From NCBI GenBank assembly GCA_016208765.1, contig JACQXK010000065.1:64962-128961 (forward strand): a stretch of 64,000 nucleotides of DNA, in the 5' to 3' direction. The notes below the pieces were generated by a model. The model was not told where the DNA came from. It ran no database searches and worked only from the letters and a program-made list of their open reading frames with translations. Position numbers and translations under genes: made by a program. Below, in pieces: positions 58,406 to 64,000 of the stretch; position 1 is the first letter of the stretch, and the number at the start of each line of letters is the position of its first letter. This DNA comes from Candidatus Omnitrophota bacterium. GTDB lineage: Bacteria > Omnitrophota > Gorgyraeia > Gygaellales > Profunditerraquicolaceae.

Positions 58406-59356
58406 ATGAAATTAATTATACAAATTCCTTGTTACAATGAAGAAGGCTCGTTGCCGGTGGTAATTAGGGCTTTGCCCCGGAAGATAGAAGGTGTTGACAA
58501 GATTGAGATTTTAGTAATAAATGATGGCAGTGCCGATAATACTTCTAATGTGGCCAAAGGCCTTGGCGTTGAACATATCTTGGAGCTTCCTTATCATCGC
58601 GGTTTAGCTGAAACTTTTCGCGCAGGCCTTGAAGAGTCTTTGCGGTTAGGGGCTGATATTATTGTAAATACAGACGGAGATAATCAGTATCAGGCAGAAG
58701 ATATCTCTAAATTGGTTGAGCCGATTTTAAAGAAAAGGGCGGAAATTGTGATTGGGTGCAGGGATATATTTACAATTAAACATTTTTCGATTACAAAGAA
58801 AATCCTTCAGAATTTCGGAAGTTATATTGTTAGAAAATTCTCAAATACAAGCATTCCGGATACGACATCTGGCTTTCGCGCTTATTCAAGGGATGCTGCT
58901 TTAAGGATGAATGTGTTTTCTCGTTATACTTACACGCTTGAAACGATCATTCAGGCAGGCAGGAAAGAAATTCCTATTGCGTGCGTTAGTGTCAGGACAA
59001 ATGAAAAAATACGCGAATCAAGGCTGATTAAAAGCATTCCCTCATATATCAAAAGATCAATAGCAACAATTTTAAGGATTTATCTTATGTATGAGCCGAT
59101 GAGTTTTTTCGTCCGTCTCGGGTCTTTGTTTTTACTCGGAGCTTCTATGCTGGGAGTACGTTATTTATATTTCTTTGCTTTTGGGTCAAAACACGGCGGA
59201 CATATCCAGTCTCTCATTTTAGCTATAATTTTTTCTGTTTTAGGGATACAGCTTATTTTTATCGGTTTTTTAGCAGATATAATTGCTGCAAACAGAAAAC
59301 TTTCAGAAGAAATCTTATATAGGCAGAGAAAAGAGCACCTAAAACCTGTAAAATAG
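58406..59356 (+). CDS. membrane-anchored GT2 polyprenyl-phosphate glycosyltransferase (GtrB/ArnC-like)
   Basis: QIPCYNEE...VINDGSADNT GT-A core plus two C-terminal TM helices, the GtrB/ArnC architecture. Strong AAGGAGG SD. Confidence 0.8.
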   Translation: MKLIIQIPCYNEEGSLPVVIRALPRKIEGVDKIEILVINDGSADNTSNVAKGLGVEHILELPYHRGLAETFRAGLEESLRLGADIIVNTDGDNQYQAEDISKLVEPILKKRAEIVIGCRDIFTIKHFSITKKILQNFGSYIVRKFSNTSIPDTTSGFRAYSRDAALRMNVFSRYTYTLETIIQAGRKEIPIACVSVRTNEKIRESRLIKSIPSYIKRSIATILRIYLMYEPMSFFVRLGSLFLLGASMLGVRYLYFFAFGSKHGGHIQSLILAIIFSVLGIQLIFIGFLADIIAANRKLSEEILYRQRKEHLKPVK

Positions 59357-59380
59357 CAGATTTTGTTTTATATTATTCTT

Positions 59381-60481
59381 ATGAAAATACTCTATATAAC
59401 AAGGAAATTTTTTCCCTCAACAGGGGGAATGCAAACTCAAAGCGTAGAATTTTATCGATGTATTAAATCTCAAAATCAAGTAATGCTTATTGCTTGGGGC
59501 CATTCTCAGGTTTTTCTGCCTTTTTTTATTGTTTTTGCTTTTTTAAAGGCCTGCTTTTTATTAATTCAGAAAAAGGCTGACGTGATACAATTGGGCGATT
59601 TGGTGCTTTCTCCCGTAGGGGTATTGTTGAATAGGATATTTCATATTCCTGTTTTAAGTATTTCACATGGCAGGGATTCTGCCTTTGGAAATAAGCTATA
59701 TGATAAATTCGTGCTTAGTTCGGCTAAGAAACTGGATAGGATTATTTGCGTTAGTTCTAACATGAAAACAAGGCTAAAAGCAAGGGGAATAAATGAAGAG
59801 AAATTAACAGTTATTCCTAATGGGATTAACGCTGATAGCTTTAAGGATAAAATTGTTGATAGGCAGGAAGCACTGAATATCCTGCAAAATGAATTTGCTC
59901 TGCAACTAGAAGGTAAGAAAATAATATTTTCAATCTGCCGTCTGGTTCCTAAAAAGGGAATTAAAGAATTTATTGATAAGGTTTTTGTTGAAATAATCAC
60001 CAAGTGCCAGAATTCTGTTTTTCTTATTGCCGGTTGCGGCCCGGAAATGCCTTTGATTGCTGAATCCATTAAGAAAAATCATTGGGAGAACAAAATATTC
60101 TTATTAGGACAGATTGCATACAACTCTTTGGCATTCCATGCTTTATTTATGGCCGGAGATGTCTTTGTTATGCCTAATAGGCAAGTTAGCGGTGATGCAG
60201 AAGGATTTGGTATTGCTATCCTGGAAGCTTCTATGCATGGTAGGCCGGTGGTAGCTTTTGATGTGGATGGGATCTCTGAGGCAGTGATTGATGGCAAAAA
60301 CGGTATTTTGATAAAGGCTAATGACAATAGCTCTTTTGCAGAGAGCGTTTTTTTATTTTTATCGGATGAAAAGAAGAATAGGGATTTCGGGCAGATGGCA
60401 AGAAAATACACAGAAGAACATTTTAACTGGAATAGCATTGTTAAGCGTTATATGGAGCAGTATAAGATCTCAGTATCTTAG
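59381..60481 (+). CDS. GT4 family (group 1) glycosyltransferase
   Basis: EX7E region GDAEGFGIAILEASMHGRPVVAFDVDGISE. ATG at 59381 (MKILYITRKFFPSTGG). The track start at 59363 is TTG. Confidence 0.8.
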   Translation: MKILYITRKFFPSTGGMQTQSVEFYRCIKSQNQVMLIAWGHSQVFLPFFIVFAFLKACFLLIQKKADVIQLGDLVLSPVGVLLNRIFHIPVLSISHGRDSAFGNKLYDKFVLSSAKKLDRIICVSSNMKTRLKARGINEEKLTVIPNGINADSFKDKIVDRQEALNILQNEFALQLEGKKIIFSICRLVPKKGIKEFIDKVFVEIITKCQNSVFLIAGCGPEMPLIAESIKKNHWENKIFLLGQIAYNSLAFHALFMAGDVFVMPNRQVSGDAEGFGIAILEASMHGRPVVAFDVDGISEAVIDGKNGILIKANDNSSFAESVFLFLSDEKKNRDFGQMARKYTEEHFNWNSIVKRYMEQYKISVS

Positions 60482-60499
60482 GGCTGTAGTTGTGAAAAG

Positions 60500-61639
60500 A
60501 TGAATATTTTTTCAATAACCATGACTTTAGTAAGCCCTCCTTATGATGATGGGCCAAAGAATTTGGTTTTTGGGATTGCTAAAAGATTAAAGAAGCATAA
60601 TTTTTTCTTTGTTTCCTTTTTGTTTAAAAAGTTTAAAGTTGAAGATAACATTAAGTTTATAGGTAGCCCTTTTCAAAATAGCCCTAGCCTGAGAATGTCT
60701 GTTATGCAGCAGGTTTACATATTTTTTGTTATCCTCTTAAACCTGAGAAGAATTGAAGTTTTTCAATTTTTCTTTACTCCTAAAGAGTATTTTGCGCGTT
60801 TCTTTAAAATTATGCTTGAAAAAGCAAATAAACGTTCTGTTCAGGTAATTTCTTCAACACATTCTCTTTACGCAGGAACGAATAAAACAAATATTAAAGA
60901 TTTGTTTTTCTCTGATTCTGTAATTGCGCTTTCAGATTTCTCAAAACAAAGGTTAGAGAGCGATGGAGTTGGCAATGTCGTTAGGATTTATCCAGGGGTA
61001 GATTTGGATAGATTTGATAAAAGAAGAATAAAGAATGATTTTTTTGTGAAAGATAGGATTCCTGGTGTAAAATACATAATTTACCCTGGTGCTTATAGGG
61101 TTTTAAATTTATCGTATTCTTTTAAGGATTTGGTTAGTATTATTCTTGAAGTTAAGAAGGTTTTCGGAAATGTAAAGTTTGTGCTTGCCTGTAAGGTCAG
61201 GGAAAAGAAAGATTCTTTCCTTGAAAAAGAGTTTAAAGAGACCGCAAGGCAGTTTGGGGTAGATAAGGAAATTCATTATTTAAACATTGTTGATGATATG
61301 CCGGCTTTATTAAATAGTTGTGATATGGTAATTTTGCCTTCTTACAAGCATTTGTTTGGGATATTGGAGCTCCCTTTGGTTTTATTAGAGGCTTCGGCAC
61401 TTGAAAAGCCTGTTATTTATACAGCAGCTTCTCCTTTAGATGAGCTGAGGGATGCAGGGATCGGTGTTGGGCTTAAAGACAGCTCCTGCCAGTCATACGC
61501 AAATACTATAATTGATTTATTAAAAGATAAAAACAAAAGTGATAACATTGGATTTACTTCAAAATCTGCGATAATTAAGAATTTTAACCTTGAAAAAATG
61601 TCAGCAGAATTTGATGCTGTTTATAATTCTTTGCGATAA
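60500..61639 (+). CDS. GT-B (GT4-like) glycosyltransferase
   Basis: C-terminal ILPSY...LELPLVLLEASALEKPVIY block typical of GT4-like donor-binding domains. N-terminal domain is divergent. Confidence 0.6.
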   Translation: MNIFSITMTLVSPPYDDGPKNLVFGIAKRLKKHNFFFVSFLFKKFKVEDNIKFIGSPFQNSPSLRMSVMQQVYIFFVILLNLRRIEVFQFFFTPKEYFARFFKIMLEKANKRSVQVISSTHSLYAGTNKTNIKDLFFSDSVIALSDFSKQRLESDGVGNVVRIYPGVDLDRFDKRRIKNDFFVKDRIPGVKYIIYPGAYRVLNLSYSFKDLVSIILEVKKVFGNVKFVLACKVREKKDSFLEKEFKETARQFGVDKEIHYLNIVDDMPALLNSCDMVILPSYKHLFGILELPLVLLEASALEKPVIYTAASPLDELRDAGIGVGLKDSSCQSYANTIIDLLKDKNKSDNIGFTSKSAIIKNFNLEKMSAEFDAVYNSLR

Positions 61640-63136
61640 ATGAATAATTTAGTTAGAACTGTGGTTCATAAAAACAATAAAATACCCGAAGGCATAATGT
61701 CTGCCTTAAGCCGGATGGCACAGGTTTCTGGCGTAAAAAATCCTATAGTCGCACTTCCTGACCTTCATTTTAAGGGCTCATATCATACTCCCACTGGAGT
61801 AGTGGTTTTGACAAAGAATACAATTGTGCCGAAGTTTGTTAATCCAAACTGTGGAATGACTTTTATTGTAACCCCATTTTTTGAAAAAGACTTCAATAAT
61901 GAAAAAATAGATTTAATTTTTTCTTATTTAAGAAAACATATTTCTGTTTCCGCCTGGAGTGATCCTGTAATCTGTGTTGAAGATTTAAAAGATATTGTTA
62001 AAAACGGTGCTTCCTGGGCTATCTCGCGGCAGGGCCTTGATAAAAATGATCTTAATAATTTTGAAAATAAAGGATCGTTATTTTTAGATGAAGAAATTTC
62101 CTCAGAAGAGATATTATCTTTTATTCCTGATCCTTGTCAAAAAGCCGGTCTTCGTTCCATGGGGGTTCTGGGGTTTGGGAACCATTTTATAGAGATGCAG
62201 AAAGCAGAAGAAATTCTTCATAATGATATCGCAGAGAAGTTTGGAATCAAAAAAGGGCAGATTTGTTTTATGATGCACGGTGATTCCAGGGAATTTGGCC
62301 GTTCAATCTTTGATTTTTATTCAAAAAAAGCTAAAAAGTTTTTTGGTTTGCAGCAGGTTTATAAGAAAATTCATTTTTCACTTCTTGCTTCTAAATATAT
62401 CCCTGTTTGGTCAAAGAAGGCTTTGCGTGGTATTAATTATCACGGCAATCGTTTGAAATCTTTGCTATACTGGAAATTTCCGTTTTTAAACAAAATTGAA
62501 GCTGCAGAGTTTTCTTTTATCCTAGCTGATTCTTTGGAAGGCCGGGCCTATAGAATAAGCACTTATGCAGCATTGAATTATGCCTATGCAAACCGGACAT
62601 ATATGGCAGGCATAATCAGAGACGCTTTAAGAAATGCTTTTGATAGAAGTGATGCCCAAATTAAAATATTGTTTGACGGAAGCCACGATAGCCTGCAGCA
62701 GGAATTGGTTGATGGGGTTAAATATTGGGTGCATAGGAATGGGGCCAGCCGTGCTTACCCGCCTAAATCTTATCCGGATCATGGTATTTTTAGCAAAACC
62801 GGTCAGCCAGTTTTGCTCCCCAGTTGCTTAGGTAATTTTTCATTTTTATGTGCAGCGAATATCGGTTGTGCGCAAACTTATTATTCTTCAAGTCATGGCA
62901 CAGGCAGGTTGGTTGACAGGGGAGAAGCGCGTTATACATTTAAAGATGAAGACGTGTTAAGGGAAGTTGCTTCCAGTGGCATGAAAGTTTACGATTATGG
63001 CAAAGGCTGTGTTTCTGAGGAATCGCCGCGGGCATTCAAGAATGTTAATGATGTTCTTGAGGCGATAGAGGAAAACAATATTGCAGCCAGCGTTGTAAAG
63101 TTAAAGCCCGTAGCGGTTTTGAAAGGGTGGATATGA
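61640..63136 (+). CDS. RtcB-family (RNA 3'-phosphate ligase-like) protein, divergent
   Basis: RtcB motifs: ALPDLHFKG, VNPNCGM (Cys ligand), GFGNHFIEMQ (NHF), SSSHGTGR (HGxGR). 498 aa. Confidence 0.7.
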   Translation: MNNLVRTVVHKNNKIPEGIMSALSRMAQVSGVKNPIVALPDLHFKGSYHTPTGVVVLTKNTIVPKFVNPNCGMTFIVTPFFEKDFNNEKIDLIFSYLRKHISVSAWSDPVICVEDLKDIVKNGASWAISRQGLDKNDLNNFENKGSLFLDEEISSEEILSFIPDPCQKAGLRSMGVLGFGNHFIEMQKAEEILHNDIAEKFGIKKGQICFMMHGDSREFGRSIFDFYSKKAKKFFGLQQVYKKIHFSLLASKYIPVWSKKALRGINYHGNRLKSLLYWKFPFLNKIEAAEFSFILADSLEGRAYRISTYAALNYAYANRTYMAGIIRDALRNAFDRSDAQIKILFDGSHDSLQQELVDGVKYWVHRNGASRAYPPKSYPDHGIFSKTGQPVLLPSCLGNFSFLCAANIGCAQTYYSSSHGTGRLVDRGEARYTFKDEDVLREVASSGMKVYDYGKGCVSEESPRAFKNVNDVLEAIEENNIAASVVKLKPVAVLKGWI

Positions 63137-63756
63137 TTATTGTTTTTTCTGGTATTGACGGCTCGGGAAAAACAACTTACGCTGACAGGGTATTAAGCTA
63201 TCTGAAAAGCCAAAAAATAAATTTTAAATATCACCATATTGTAAAGGACTCGTTTTATAATTTTATTCTACATAATGTAATAGGAAGAATATCAAGTTCT
63301 AGCCAACGTTCTATTGAACAGGGTTTAAGAAAACCTGAAAAAAAACTAAAGCATCTTATTTTAAGAAGTATAAAGAAAATATTATTATTAACTAACCTTT
63401 TGTGTTTTAATATAATGTTTTGGAGGTGCCGTAGTTCAATAAAAAGAAATATAATCTGTGACCGTTATTTTTTTGACGATATCGTACAGCTTGAATATTT
63501 AAATCTGGCATCAAGAAGCTTCATTTCTTTTTACAAAAACTTGATTATTGAGCCAGATATAATTTTTTATTTTAAAATAGACCCAACAGTCGCTTTCAAA
63601 AGAAAGATGGAATACGAAATAGGTTATTATTTAGAAAAATGCAAAATTTATGATGATTGGGCCAAGCGTCTTCCAAATGTAACTGAAATTAGTGAAAACG
63701 CTATTGAAGAAAATACAAAAATAATTCAAGAAAGATTAAGGCGGTTAATTAAATGA
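63133..63756 (+). CDS. thymidylate-kinase-like P-loop nucleoside/nucleotide kinase
   Basis: MIIVFSGIDGSGKTTYA matches the Tmk-type GxDGxGKTT Walker A. ATGA overlap with the RtcB-like gene. Confidence 0.55.
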   Translation: MIIVFSGIDGSGKTTYADRVLSYLKSQKINFKYHHIVKDSFYNFILHNVIGRISSSSQRSIEQGLRKPEKKLKHLILRSIKKILLLTNLLCFNIMFWRCRSSIKRNIICDRYFFDDIVQLEYLNLASRSFISFYKNLIIEPDIIFYFKIDPTVAFKRKMEYEIGYYLEKCKIYDDWAKRLPNVTEISENAIEENTKIIQERLRRLIK

Positions 63757-64000
63757 AGAATATCCCTAAGGTATTGTTGGTACAACCATCATCTCGGTCA
63801 AAGACTCCTCGGCCTCCGTTAGGCTTAATGTATTTATCTTCTTTTCTGACAAAAAACGAGATAGACAATGAAATTATTGATATTAAAGGAAAAGAGGATA
63901 TTTCTGTTATTCAAGAGAGAATCTTAAATAAAATTAAGTCTATCAGTTCTGATATTATCGGAATTACTTGCCTCGTAACAGAGATTGAAGTAGTTGAGGA
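63753..64000 (+). CDS. B12-binding domain radical SAM enzyme, 3' partial (runs off the window)
   Basis: N-terminus KVLLVQPSS...PPLGLMYLSSFL parallels the N-termini of the rSAM genes at 36385 and 49466. CxxxCxxC motif not yet reached. Confidence 0.6.
   Translation, partial: MKNIPKVLLVQPSSRSKTPRPPLGLMYLSSFLTKNEIDNEIIDIKGKEDISVIQERILNKIKSISSDIIGITCLVTEIEVVE

Noticed and set aside
51-63000. Numerous minus-strand ORFs of 60-140 aa and same-strand alternative-frame ORFs (for example 1600-2001, 5206-5855, 12552-13064, 47304-47588, 50437-50829, 59641-60438)
   Set aside because: All lie inside + strand genes that have strong family signatures. Their translations are low-complexity, Ser/Cys/Pro-rich or hydrophobic junk typical of antisense frames in AT-rich DNA.

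Overview
Low-GC bacterial window from an uncultivated-type genome (possibly Omnitrophota or a similar lineage; this is a guess). It is packed with about 65 genes, all on the + strand, and most start/stop junctions overlap by 1-4 nt in an ATGA pattern. The minus-strand ORFs in the track lie inside well-supported + genes and are treated as spurious. The window falls into three blocks. (1) 1-5.8 kb: a type IV pilus assembly block (PilX-like, pilM, pilN, pilO, pilP-like, pilQ). (2) 5.8-18.3 kb: housekeeping genes (short DUF2344-like, rng, rplU, obg, proB, proA, nadD, rpe, a PMM/PGM family gene, plsC, rpsA, tyrS, and a repeat-containing hypothetical). rplU is followed directly by obg, with no rpmA. 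A consensus sigma70 promoter lies upstream of rplU. (3) 18.3-64 kb: a roughly 46 kb surface-glycan island that continues past the window end. Its first part has the dTDP-sugar genes (rmlA, rmlD-like, rmlB, but no rmlC), two tandem CDP-paratose-2-epimerase-like SDRs, a SemiSWEET overlapping gmd by 4 nt, an O-antigen-ligase-like protein, three small GT2 polyprenyl-phosphate sugar synthases, and four large GT-C membrane glycosyltransferases (two GT39/ArnT-like, one YfhO, one DUF2029-like). After a promoter preceded by a 3x10-bp tandem repeat, the second part carries a nonulosonic-acid pathway (neuB, neuC, neuA-like) with an acetamidino-forming amidotransferase set (WbuX-like plus a HisF-HisH fusion in reverse order). 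It also has at least four B12-binding radical SAM enzymes, a second KdsB-like cytidylyltransferase with an HpcH/HpaI aldolase, a 2-hydroxyacid dehydrogenase, a HAD phosphatase, three SAM methyltransferases, two large HP-motif GT-B-like proteins flanking a Wzx-like flippase, GT4 glycosyltransferases, an RtcB-family ligase homolog and a Tmk-like P-loop kinase. The most interesting candidate is this radical-SAM-rich glycan pathway, which appears to make a heavily modified (C-methylated, amidinated, acylated) nonulosonic or ulosonic acid-containing glycoconjugate by a route not matching described Neu/Leg/Pse/Kdo pathways.
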